This document shows, one piece after another, positions 9,861 to 18,635 of a stretch of DNA of 56,494 bases. Each line of letters starts with the position of its first letter. The first letter of the stretch is position 1. Origin of the DNA: Candidatus Nomurabacteria bacterium (GTDB lineage Bacteria > Patescibacteriota > Minisyncoccia > Phycocordibacterales > UBA9973). The position numbers and the translations under genes were made by a program. The notes beneath the pieces were generated by a model. The model was not told the origin of the DNA, did not search any database, and saw nothing but the letters and a program-made list of their open reading frames with translations. The stretch spans positions 1 through 56,494 of the forward strand of contig CALRFQ010000003.1 in assembly GCA_943356675.1 (NCBI GenBank), in the 5' to 3' direction.

Positions 9861-10244
9861 GGGAGTGACGGGCTTCGATGGGAGCTGTCATTTTATATGT
9901 GCGTGTCGAGTCCTCAGAAATCTCGCTAAACTTTCTGAAAAAGACTAAGTGCAAACTCTGTCGCTTCAGTGAAGTCACCATATTTTGCTGGCTTCGCTCC
10001 TGCATTCGCCTAAATTTAGGTCAATCAGGTGTCTAGTATTATCGACATCCGATAAATAGTACAGGCATAATCAATCGGGTTACGAACTTTATACCGCTTG
10101 AATAAAGTTCCGACAATTAAGAGCTAGGTGATATTGTGTTTTGTATGTTCTCTAGCAATATCATTTAAATCCAACGAACATTCTACACACGTAGATTCAT
10201 ATAGAAGCATCTTTCACATGGCGGTTCAACTCCGCCCACTTCCA
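9861..10244 (+). ncRNA. ssrA: tmRNA; tag ORF 9951-10013 ANSVASVKSPYFAGFAPAFA*
   Basis: GGGAGTG/CACTTCC-A acceptor stem with G3.U70, T arm GGCGG-TTCAACT-CCGCC, resume context TAAGT-GCA, Ala-rich tag, next to smpB. Confidence 0.95.
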
Positions 10245-10251
10245 CTAGTAT

Positions 10252-10277
10252 AAAAAACCACCTTAGGGTGGTTTTTT
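10252..10277. terminator. Bidirectional intrinsic terminator (ssrA / purB)
   Basis: AAAAAACCACC-TTAG-GGTGGTTTTTT. Confidence 0.85.
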
Positions 10278-10286
10278 ATTTATAAT

Positions 10287-11651
10287 TTATTTTACTAATT
10301 TATTTGCAATACCTATATAATTCTCTGGAGTAAACTTTTTGAGTTCAGTTTTAATTGCGGGTGTTACTTTGAGTCCATCGATAAATCTCGCGAAGTCTGC
10401 CATAGTCACCTTCTTCCCACGAGTGAGATCCTTCAGAGCTTCATATGGCACAGGATATTTCTCTCGCCTTAGGACTGTCTGGATAGCTTCTGCCACAACC
10501 TCTGGGTGATTCTCTAAATCCTCTAGTATTTTAATTTTATTCACACTTATCTTACTGAGTCCTTTACTAAGCATTACATATGCAAGTAGTGAGTGGCCGA
10601 ATGCTGTGCCGAATGCACGCTCCACTGTGGAGTCTGAAAGGTCGCGCTGAAGGCGTGAGACTGGGAGCTTTCGAGCGAAGAATTCAAACATAGAATTTGC
10701 GAGGCCGATATTGCCTTCACTGTTTTCAAAATCAATCGGATTAATCTTGTGCGGCATTGTGGATGAGCCTACCTCCCCTGCTTTTGGCTTTTGAGAAATG
10801 TAACCATCAGAAATGTATCTCCACATATCCTGATCGAAATCAAGAAGGACCATATTTGCTCGGCGAATAATATCAAAAAGTTCTATATATGTATCATGTG
10901 ATTCAATCTGTGTAGTAATCAAATTTGCTTCGAGCTTCACTCCTGCAATTTTACTGAGGTGCGCCACAAACTTCTCTGTGAACTTCGGCCAGTTGGCTTT
11001 CGGGTACGCTGCCACGAATGCATTATAGTTACCTGTCGCACCATTTAACTTCATCATCACTTTCTGATTCTTAAGCTGTTTGATCTGGCGACTTAGGCGA
11101 TATGCAAATACAGCCATCTCCTTCCCTAGTGTAGTAGGTGAAGCGCTCTGGCCGTGTGTGCGAGAAAGCATAGGGAGAGATTTATTCTCTCTTGCGAACT
11201 TCTCGATATTTTTAGAAATGTTTTCCAATTCTGGAAGTAATACATTTTTCACCGCAAGCGAAAGCATGAGAGCGTATGAAGAATTATTTGTATCTTCAGA
11301 AGTGAGACCAAAGTGCACCCACTCAAGAGTATCCTTCAAACTAGTTTTTTCTAAATTTTCTTTTATGAAATACTCCATAGCCTTCACATCATGGTTTGTA
11401 GTCGCCTCGAATTTCTTGATCTTCGCATATGATGCATCACTAAAATTCTCATAGAGTGAGCGGATAGCTTTCACTTCGTTTTGAGTTAAATTCCTAAGGC
11501 TAGTAATCTTAGACTCTGATAGGAAAATAAGGAATTCGCACTCAACCATCGTGCGGTACTGCATAAGAGCATACTCGCTCATATACGGCGCAAGCGCCTT
11601 CGTCCTCTCTTCATATCTTCCATCTAGTGGGTTTATAGCTTTACTGTTCAT
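10287..11651 (-). CDS. purB: Adenylosuccinate lyase
   Basis: NPLDGRY, TNHDVKA, HFGLTSED, RTHGQ, GSSTMPHKINPIDFEN, RDLSDS. Confidence 0.96.
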   Translation of the reverse strand: MNSKAINPLDGRYEERTKALAPYMSEYALMQYRTMVECEFLIFLSESKITSLRNLTQNEVKAIRSLYENFSDASYAKIKKFEATTNHDVKAMEYFIKENLEKTSLKDTLEWVHFGLTSEDTNNSSYALMLSLAVKNVLLPELENISKNIEKFARENKSLPMLSRTHGQSASPTTLGKEMAVFAYRLSRQIKQLKNQKVMMKLNGATGNYNAFVAAYPKANWPKFTEKFVAHLSKIAGVKLEANLITTQIESHDTYIELFDIIRRANMVLLDFDQDMWRYISDGYISQKPKAGEVGSSTMPHKINPIDFENSEGNIGLANSMFEFFARKLPVSRLQRDLSDSTVERAFGTAFGHSLLAYVMLSKGLSKISVNKIKILEDLENHPEVVAEAIQTVLRREKYPVPYEALKDLTRGKKVTMADFARFIDGLKVTPAIKTELKKFTPENYIGIANKLVK

Positions 11652-11652
11652 A

Positions 11653-12609
11653 TTATTTCTTTAAATTATTTTCGATTCGTTCTACGATTCCTTGAGAGAA
11701 ATCATGATCAAAAGCTTTACCAGTAATAGTTTCATAAATCTCTATATAACGGCGAGATAGTTCGGCTACGAGTTCTGGAGGAGCTTCTGGCAAAACTTTA
11801 TCATTGTATGGATCACAATTTTCTTTGAACCAAAGTCGTAGAAATTCCTTGTCGAAATATTCTGGCTCAAGATCTTGGTCGAAACGCTCTTGGTATGTGT
11901 TTGCCTTCCAGTAGCGAGAAGAGTCTGGAGTGTGTATTTCATCGATAAGAGTTAATTTTCCATTTTCGTCTAGTCCAAATTCATACTTAGTATCGACAAG
12001 AATCAAACCTTTCGTGTATGCAATTTCCTGACCACGCTTAAATAATTCTATCGCTACCTTCTCCACTTCTTCAATCAATTCTTTTTTCATAAGACCTTCT
12101 GCCACAATTTCTTGCGGAGATAAAGTACGGTCATGTTCTTCAAACTTCGTCGATGGAGTAAATACTGGTTCTGGCAATTGCTGATTCTTGTGCATTCCTT
12201 CAGGTAGAACGAAGTTTCCGAAATCTCTTTTACCATCCTTGTAGTGTGTCCAAAGTGATGTGGAAGTTACACCAGTAATGTATCCACGCACAATTGCCTC
12301 AATAGGAAGAGGCTTGCAAACCTTCGCCACTAGAACAGCTGGGTCTGGAATACTTACTACGTGATTCTGTATGATGTCCTTTGTATTTTCAAACCAAAAA
12401 GCACTAATGAGATTCAAAACTTCACCCTTGAAAGGCACAAAGGCAATAATACGATCAAATGAAGAATGCCTGTCTGTGGAAACTAAAGTAATTTTATCTG
12501 GTGATACATATATATCTCGGACCTTCCCTACTTTCTTTTCACCCAAACCTTTCAAGTTTGTCTCCTTCAGCACGTCGCCAATATGTTCTTTGATTAAATC
12601 AATATTCAT
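11653..12609 (-). CDS. purC: SAICAR synthetase (long type)
   Basis: GKVRDIY, TDRHSSFD, EAIVRGY, FTPSTK, LVDTKYEFG, DEIHTPDSSR, DKEFLR. Confidence 0.95.
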   Translation of the reverse strand: MNIDLIKEHIGDVLKETNLKGLGEKKVGKVRDIYVSPDKITLVSTDRHSSFDRIIAFVPFKGEVLNLISAFWFENTKDIIQNHVVSIPDPAVLVAKVCKPLPIEAIVRGYITGVTSTSLWTHYKDGKRDFGNFVLPEGMHKNQQLPEPVFTPSTKFEEHDRTLSPQEIVAEGLMKKELIEEVEKVAIELFKRGQEIAYTKGLILVDTKYEFGLDENGKLTLIDEIHTPDSSRYWKANTYQERFDQDLEPEYFDKEFLRLWFKENCDPYNDKVLPEAPPELVAELSRRYIEIYETITGKAFDHDFSQGIVERIENNLKK

Positions 12610-12728
12610 CCCGTTAGAGATAGGAAATCTTTAGATTTCCGTACCTTATTATTATTGTTAATATATCTTCTATAATACCATTTTTAAACTTCTCACGTAA
12701 GACATAACTAAAAATCTCTAACGGGAGA
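12610..12728. mobile_element. Element family B, copy 1: inverted-repeat-bounded insertion at the purC start codon
   Basis: CCCGTTAGAGAT (12610-12621) / ATCTCTAACGGG (12714-12725); CAT on both sides (12607-9, 12729-31); near-identical ends at 26634-26755. Confidence 0.75.
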
Positions 12729-12732
12729 CATA

Positions 12733-13773
12733 TTATTTTAAAATTACTTTTTTATTACCATTAATAATTTGACCAATTTCATAAATACTAAAATTTGGAT
12801 AATCTTTTAGTATAGTTTCGATTTTTTCTTTTTCACTCTTCGGCACGATAAGTATAAGTCCAATTCCCATATTGAAGACTCTATACATTTGCTCTGTAGG
12901 CACATCCCCCACTTTTTGCATATAAGGAAAGATCGGAAGCATTGGCCAAGTATTTAAATTTATTTCAGCATCGAGATCTTTCGGAAGCACACGTGGAATA
13001 TTCTCTATAAATCCTCCGCCAGTAATATGCGCAATTCCGCGGATATCAATTCCTTTTGAAAGCATATCAAGGACCGGCACAGAATAATTCACATGTACTT
13101 TAAGTAGAGCTTCCCCTACTGTCATTCCTAGCTCAGGTACATTTGTATTCACATCGAGCTTGCCTATATCAAAAAGTATTTTACGAGCAAGCGAGAATCC
13201 ATTTGTATGTAATCCTGAAGATGGAAAGCCGAGGAGAATATCTCCTTCTTCGATTTTCTCTCCTGTAATAATTCCAGATTTTTCTACTACTCCTGTAATT
13301 ACTCCAGCAATATCATGCTCACCTTGTGCATATACTCCTGGCATTTCTGCAGTTTCTCCACCGATGAGTGACACACCGTTTTCTTTACAAGCTTTCGCCA
13401 TACCGCCCACCATTTGAGCCATTACTATAGGGTCGAGCTTATCGTGCGCTACGTAGTCGAGAAATGTGAGAGACTTGGCTCCCATAGCAAGGAGGTCATC
13501 ACAGCAGTGATTCACAATGTCTTGCCCTACTGTGTCGTACTTATTCATCATTCTTGCTACAGAGAGCTTCGTGCCCACACCATCGATACTCTGCACGAGC
13601 ACAGGGTTCTTATAGTTTTTAATTATTTCAGATAAATCATAAAGCCCACCGAAAGAGCCAATGCCGGTAAGCACAGCTTTCGTATGAGTCCCTGCCACAT
13701 CACCTTTCATAAGGCGCACCGCCTCATTCCCCGCATCAATGTTTACTCCTGACTCACTGTATAGATCACTCAT
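12733..13773 (-). CDS. purM: AIR synthetase
   Basis: YSESGVNID, GSFGG, DGVGTK, GGETAEMPG, SSGLHTNGFS, HITGGG, FNMGIG. Confidence 0.96.
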   Translation of the reverse strand: MSDLYSESGVNIDAGNEAVRLMKGDVAGTHTKAVLTGIGSFGGLYDLSEIIKNYKNPVLVQSIDGVGTKLSVARMMNKYDTVGQDIVNHCCDDLLAMGAKSLTFLDYVAHDKLDPIVMAQMVGGMAKACKENGVSLIGGETAEMPGVYAQGEHDIAGVITGVVEKSGIITGEKIEEGDILLGFPSSGLHTNGFSLARKILFDIGKLDVNTNVPELGMTVGEALLKVHVNYSVPVLDMLSKGIDIRGIAHITGGGFIENIPRVLPKDLDAEINLNTWPMLPIFPYMQKVGDVPTEQMYRVFNMGIGLILIVPKSEKEKIETILKDYPNFSIYEIGQIINGNKKVILK

Positions 13774-13777
13774 AATA

Positions 13778-14299
13778 TTATTTCGCTAGATAATTTTTAT
13801 AACCGATTTCTTCCAATTTCTTTCCTTTAGCTTCCACTTCCGAACTCATTTTATTTTTGTAGGCTATAAATTTTTCATTCAAATCACTGTCAGATAGTGC
13901 GAGGATTTGTATAGCGAGTATTCCAGCATTCTTAGCAGCATTTATGCCCACTGTAGCGACTGGCACTCCGGGTGGCATACCCACAGTAGAGAGAAGTGAA
14001 TCAAGTCCGTCGAGAGTCTTCGCTTTCACTGGCACACCGATAACAGGAAGTGTCGTGAGTGAAGCACACACACCAGCAAGGTGTGCTGCACCGCCAGCAG
14101 CTGCAATAATTACCTTTATACCGCGGTCTACTGCTCCTGTAGCATATGCGTGAACCACACTTGGCGCACGATGAGCTGAGGCGACTGTCATTTCAAAAGC
14201 TACTCCAAACTCCTCAAACACCTTAGCTGAATCAGACATTACCTCCAAATCTGAGTCCGAACCCATAACAATACTAACTAATGGTTTATTTGTATTCAT
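13778..14299 (-). CDS. purE: N5-CAIR mutase / AIR carboxylase
   Basis: MGSDSD, SAHR, AGGAAHLAG, PVIGVP, MPPGVPVATV. Confidence 0.96.
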   Translation of the reverse strand: MNTNKPLVSIVMGSDSDLEVMSDSAKVFEEFGVAFEMTVASAHRAPSVVHAYATGAVDRGIKVIIAAAGGAAHLAGVCASLTTLPVIGVPVKAKTLDGLDSLLSTVGMPPGVPVATVGINAAKNAGILAIQILALSDSDLNEKFIAYKNKMSSEVEAKGKKLEEIGYKNYLAK

Positions 14300-14330
14300 A
14301 CGGTGATTTTATCATATAGGGACAAAAAAG

Positions 14331-14357
14331 AAAAAGAGCCGTATCAGGTGCTCTTTA
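14331..14357 (-). terminator. Probable terminator after purD
   Basis: AAAGAGC/GCTCTTT stem with a T-run on the - strand. Confidence 0.55.
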
Positions 14358-14407
14358 GCTATTGTATGACCAAAAAACATTGGTTATCTTAATCGTACCA
14401 TTCCATA

Positions 14408-15703
14408 TTATTTAAGCAAGGAAAGTGCCTTTTTACCTATGTCTTTTCTGTACTGCATTCCTTCAAATGAAATTTTTGCCACAGCTTTGTAGGCTTTCGC
14501 AAGCGCTTCTTCAAGAGTCTCACCGATAGCTGATACTCCGAGGACTCTCCCGCCGTTTGTAATAAGCTCACCGTTTTCATTCAACTTCGTGCCGGCGTGG
14601 AAAACCACGATATCATTATCCTGCTCGGCATCACCTATACCACTTATCACTTTCCCCTTCTCGTAATCTCCAGGATATCCACCAGAGGCCAAAATTATCG
14701 TGCAAGCAAAACCTTCATTCCAATCCACCTTATACATACTCAATTCTTTATTTACAATTGCATTAAAAATTTCTAGCAAATCAGTTTTGAGGAGCCTCAT
14801 ATAAGTCTGAGTTTCTGGGTCACCGAAGCGTGCATTGTATTCTAAAATCTTCGGACCATCTTTCGTAAGCATGAGCCCTGGATACAGCACACCTTCGAAA
14901 GGCACACCATCGTGCTCCATACCTACAAGAGTAGAAAGGATTATAGTATTTTTTATTTGCATAAATGTTCCTTCGTCCACAAATGGAAGCGGTGCAATAG
15001 TGCCCATGCCACCAGTGTTGAGACCAGTGTCCCCCTCACCAATTCTTTTATGATCTTGAGAAGGTGGAAAAGCTTGAGAAGATACTCCATCTGAAAATGC
15101 GTGAGTTGAAATTTCAGGACCCTCCATAAATTCTTCTATCACCACTTCCTCTCCTGCATTACCAAACTTTTTATTTACTAGCATATCTTCCAGCGCAGTT
15201 TTCGCCTCATCTAGTGTCTCGGCAATTATCACACCCTTACCAAGTGCAAGACCAGAAGCCTTCACCACTATCGGTAGAGACATGCTTTCCATATATTTAA
15301 TTCCATCTTCAAAATCTGTGACCACTTTGAATTTCGCAGTTGGGAGATTGTGCTCTTCCATGAACTTCTTCGAGTAGGCTTTGGACCATTCGAGCTTCGC
15401 TGCATCTTTCGTTGGACCCCATATTCGGAAGTCGGACTTCCGAAATTCATCAACGATGCCAAGTGCAAGTGGATCATCGGGAATTGCGAGAGTGAGATCT
15501 ATTTTTTCTTTCTTTACGAATTCAAGTAGGCCACTTATATCAGTCGCTTTGATATTCACATTCGTGCCGATATTGGCAGTGCCAGCATTCCCCGGCGCGA
15601 AGTAAAGCACAGGATTATGCTCGGACTGTTTTAACTTCCAGCCGATAGAATGCTCCCTTCCCCCACTACCAATTATTAAAACTTTCTGATTATTTAATTG
15701 CAT
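14408..15703 (-). CDS. purD: GAR synthetase
   Basis: GSGGREH, APGNAG, LEWSK, VVKASGLALGKGV, QDHKR, NTGGMG, EYNARFGDPE, NGGRVL. Confidence 0.97.
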   Translation of the reverse strand: MQLNNQKVLIIGSGGREHSIGWKLKQSEHNPVLYFAPGNAGTANIGTNVNIKATDISGLLEFVKKEKIDLTLAIPDDPLALGIVDEFRKSDFRIWGPTKDAAKLEWSKAYSKKFMEEHNLPTAKFKVVTDFEDGIKYMESMSLPIVVKASGLALGKGVIIAETLDEAKTALEDMLVNKKFGNAGEEVVIEEFMEGPEISTHAFSDGVSSQAFPPSQDHKRIGEGDTGLNTGGMGTIAPLPFVDEGTFMQIKNTIILSTLVGMEHDGVPFEGVLYPGLMLTKDGPKILEYNARFGDPETQTYMRLLKTDLLEIFNAIVNKELSMYKVDWNEGFACTIILASGGYPGDYEKGKVISGIGDAEQDNDIVVFHAGTKLNENGELITNGGRVLGVSAIGETLEEALAKAYKAVAKISFEGMQYRKDIGKKALSLLK

Positions 15704-16308
15704 AATTCTTCCAAGACTTTTATGTATAATCTATTTTCCATTTGTTTCAATCGCACATATAAAGATTCCACATTATCACCTTCCTCAATCTTTTCAAACA
15801 CTCTGCCGAGCACTGGACCGAAGTCGAAATTGAGAGTTAGAAAATGTATTGAAGACCCAGCATAAGTACTTTTTTGATTTATAAAATTTTGTATCGCTTT
15901 ATCAGTGAGCATGCCTTTATTCCAAAGTGCCTCTGTACCATCAGGATTCTCTACTACCCCATCCACAGAATCTGGTATGAGTCCTGGGTGCAAATTTAAA
16001 ATCTTATTTGGATATGCCAATATAACCTCATCTAGAATGATTTGCTTCCAGCCTGCAAGAGCAATAAAATCTGGATTTATTTCCTGCAACTTTTGAAGAA
16101 GTAATTCCTTTTTTTCACAAATTTCAATTTTTACATTATGAGCTTTTGCATGGCTCAGTGCTTGTGCTTGATCAGTATCTGAAATCACAGCACAAACTTC
16201 TGAACTAATTAATCCAGTAGCGACCGCTTCCAGTATCGCTTTCAAATTTGTACCAGTACCAGTATTTGAAACTAATATAACTAATTTTTTTTTATTGTTT
16301 TGGGACAT
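15694..16308 (-). CDS. purN: GAR transformylase (formyl-THF dependent), divergent
   Basis: GTGTNLKAI, LAGW, NLHP (catalytic N, H), DFGPV; operon position. Confidence 0.88.
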   Translation of the reverse strand: MSQNNKKKLVILVSNTGTGTNLKAILEAVATGLISSEVCAVISDTDQAQALSHAKAHNVKIEICEKKELLLQKLQEINPDFIALAGWKQIILDEVILAYPNKILNLHPGLIPDSVDGVVENPDGTEALWNKGMLTDKAIQNFINQKSTYAGSSIHFLTLNFDFGPVLGRVFEKIEEGDNVESLYVRLKQMENRLYIKVLEELCN

Positions 16309-17728
16309 CGTAAGTTACTTCATTTTTTCTTTCTAATATATCTATCGGGTACTCTCCAGTGAAACCAGAAAGTGAAAGTGAAGAACGTGGAATGCCGGTA
16401 GCTTCCACCATGCCGTCTACAGATAGATATGACACTGAAGTTGCCCCCACATATTCACAGATTTCTTTTGTAGTTTTCTGTGAGGCTATAAGGTCTGCTT
16501 GCTTGGGAGTGTTTATACCATAAAAGTCTGGAAACATTACCTTCGGTGATGAAGACATTAGGTGCACTTCTGTCGCTCCCGCATCGAAGAACATTTTTAC
16601 AATCTGTCGGCTAGTATTACCACGAACGATGGAATCATCCACCACTATCACACGCTTGCCTCTTAGGGTCTCTACAAGGGGAAGGAATTTCATTTTAAGT
16701 TTCTGCTCGATGTCCGCCTGAGTGGGCTCGATGAATGTACGGTTTATATAGCGATTCTTTGAGAGCGCCATTTCAAATGGAATGCCAGATGCTTGTGAGT
16801 AGCCGAGAGCTGCGGGCACAGCAGTCTCTGGCACTGGCACTACAATGTCGGCCTCAATCTTAAATTCTTTCGCTAGCATCTTGCCGAAGTTCTTGCGCAC
16901 TTCATATACGGACTTACCCAAAAGGTCGCTATCGTGGCGAGCAAAGTAAACGAATTCAAAAATATCAAACTTAGGATTAGCAGGTGCAAGTGTGACTGAG
17001 GCAATTCCCTTTTCATTCACTATAACCATCTCTCCTGGGAGCACTTCTCTCTCAAACTCTGCACCGACTACGATGAGTGCACAAGTCTCTGATGCGAAAA
17101 CGATTTCATCTCCATTTATATTCTTTCTCTTTCCCATTACAAGCGGGCGAATTCCGCAAGGATCACGGAATGCTACGAGGCTAGTGCCGGAGAGCGCCAC
17201 ACAAGAAAATGCTCCAGTCCAGAGCGGATATGCACTCTTAATAGCTTCCACGATATCCTTACCTTCTTTCATAAATACATCAATAGAGTTTGCCATCATT
17301 TCAGAATCAGAAAAGTTTTCTATCTTCACTCCTTTACTATTTAGAAATTCTTCAAGCTTCTTTGTACTAGGAAGATTTCCATTATGAGCGAATGCTACAT
17401 TTGGCAAATTTGAAATTCCAGATGGTGTTGTCGCAATGCCGCACACCACAGGCTGAGCATGATCCTCACCACCTCCACGGCTAGTAGCATAACGATTGTG
17501 GCCTATTGCCATAGTCCCTTTCAAGCTCTGGATAGCATCCTCCGTATACACCTGGCTCACAAGCCCTGTGCCTTTATAGGAAATCATTTGCTCACCATCA
17601 CTCGATACTATTCCAGATTGCTCTTGACCACGGTGCTGAAGTGAGAACAAGCCGAAGTACGTCTGCCTCGCAGCATCCCCGCTTCCCCATATTCCAAACA
17701 CCGCACACTTTTCTTCTAATTTTTCCAT
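16292..17728 (-). CDS. purF: Amidophosphoribosyltransferase
   Basis: EEKC (Ntn Cys), LQHRGQE, GHNRYAT, AHNG, RDPCGIRPL, VDDSIVRGNT. Confidence 0.96.
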   Translation of the reverse strand: MEKLEEKCAVFGIWGSGDAARQTYFGLFSLQHRGQEQSGIVSSDGEQMISYKGTGLVSQVYTEDAIQSLKGTMAIGHNRYATSRGGGEDHAQPVVCGIATTPSGISNLPNVAFAHNGNLPSTKKLEEFLNSKGVKIENFSDSEMMANSIDVFMKEGKDIVEAIKSAYPLWTGAFSCVALSGTSLVAFRDPCGIRPLVMGKRKNINGDEIVFASETCALIVVGAEFEREVLPGEMVIVNEKGIASVTLAPANPKFDIFEFVYFARHDSDLLGKSVYEVRKNFGKMLAKEFKIEADIVVPVPETAVPAALGYSQASGIPFEMALSKNRYINRTFIEPTQADIEQKLKMKFLPLVETLRGKRVIVVDDSIVRGNTSRQIVKMFFDAGATEVHLMSSSPKVMFPDFYGINTPKQADLIASQKTTKEICEYVGATSVSYLSVDGMVEATGIPRSSLSLSGFTGEYPIDILERKNEVTYDVPKQ

Positions 17729-17734
17729 AATATT

Positions 17735-17860
17735 AAATGATTTGTAATAAAATAAATCTTGCGAATACCCTCTTCGCAGGCTGACGAGCCGAGAAAAGCA
17801 ATTTTTCAGTAGAAAAATATGCGTGGGTTGAGCAAGGTTGTATTTTATGTAAAATCATTT
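17735..17860 (+). repeat. Structured element family A, copy 2 (purQ stop / purF start)
   Basis: AAATGATTT/AAATCATTT, TAAAATA/TATTTTA and AATCTTGC/GCAAGGTT stems; GGCT-GACG-AGCC; GCA-ATTTTTC-AGTA-GAAAAAT-A-TGC. Confidence 0.85.
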
Positions 17861-18634
17861 TTTAAAGTAATTAATAGCATTTTTGAATAATAGCATACCT
17901 ATTCCTTCATCTCCCAGCTTCTGTTTCTTTCTCTTGGCAATTTCTTTCTTGAGTTGGAAGTCTGGCCTGTGGTGGAAAAACATTGCACGCTCTGGATGAG
18001 GCATCATGCCGAGAACCTTACCACTCTCGGATAGTACTCCTGCCACATCATGCATTGCACCATTTGGATTTGCTTTAAGATTCTGGAATTCGCACATTTC
18101 ACCTTTAGTATATTTAAAAGCAATTTGCTTATTCTTCATCATCTTTTTATATTCCTTCTCGTCTATTATATATCTGCCTTCTCCGTGCGCGATAGGTAGT
18201 GAGATTTTCTTGATGCCTTTGAGCCATGGGCTACTCCCCACCACTTCCATATCCACCCAGCGGTCGATATACATTGCACTCGCGTTGTGAGCGAGAGCTC
18301 CAGGAACTAATCCAAGATTTGTGATAATCTGAAAGCCATTACAAATTCCTATTGTGAGAGTGTCGCGAGAGATAAATGAATCGAGCTCCATTTGTAAATA
18401 ATTTTTAAATTTATTGGCAAAAGCCTTTCCACTACCTGTATCATCTCCAAATGAAAATCCTCCTGGGAAAGCAAGAATATTGTAAGCTTCCAAAATTTTC
18501 GGATTCTCAATCAAATCATTAATATGCACAATGTCTGCTTTGCCTCCCGCACTCTCGAAAGCAAACTTAGTCTCCTCTTCGCAGTTGAGCCCATATCCAG
18601 ACATTATTATTACTTTTACTTTATTGTTTTTCAT
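17855..18634 (-). CDS. purQ: FGAM synthase glutaminase subunit
   Basis: GLNCEEET, FPGGFSFGD, GICNGFQ, PIAHGEG, NPNG, MMPHPER. Confidence 0.96.
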   Translation of the reverse strand: MKNNKVKVIIMSGYGLNCEEETKFAFESAGGKADIVHINDLIENPKILEAYNILAFPGGFSFGDDTGSGKAFANKFKNYLQMELDSFISRDTLTIGICNGFQIITNLGLVPGALAHNASAMYIDRWVDMEVVGSSPWLKGIKKISLPIAHGEGRYIIDEKEYKKMMKNKQIAFKYTKGEMCEFQNLKANPNGAMHDVAGVLSESGKVLGMMPHPERAMFFHHRPDFQLKKEIAKRKKQKLGDEGIGMLLFKNAINYFKK

Positions 18635-18635
18635 A

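Noticed and set aside
12610-12725. Family B as an integron attC site (GTTAG / CTAAC cores)
   Set aside because: The order is GTT...AAC, the reverse of attC. There is no cassette array or integrase, and the copies sit at start codons.
17405-17450. Short PurF insert (GIATTPSGISNLP) as a family A remnant
   Set aside because: Only a 6-bp TGGTGT/ACACCA pairing is present, with no GACG or AGYA hairpin, so it could be chance.
17855-17857. TGA recoding (genetic code 25)
   Set aside because: TGA ends purQ at its expected C-terminus, and conserved genes are full-length under code 11.
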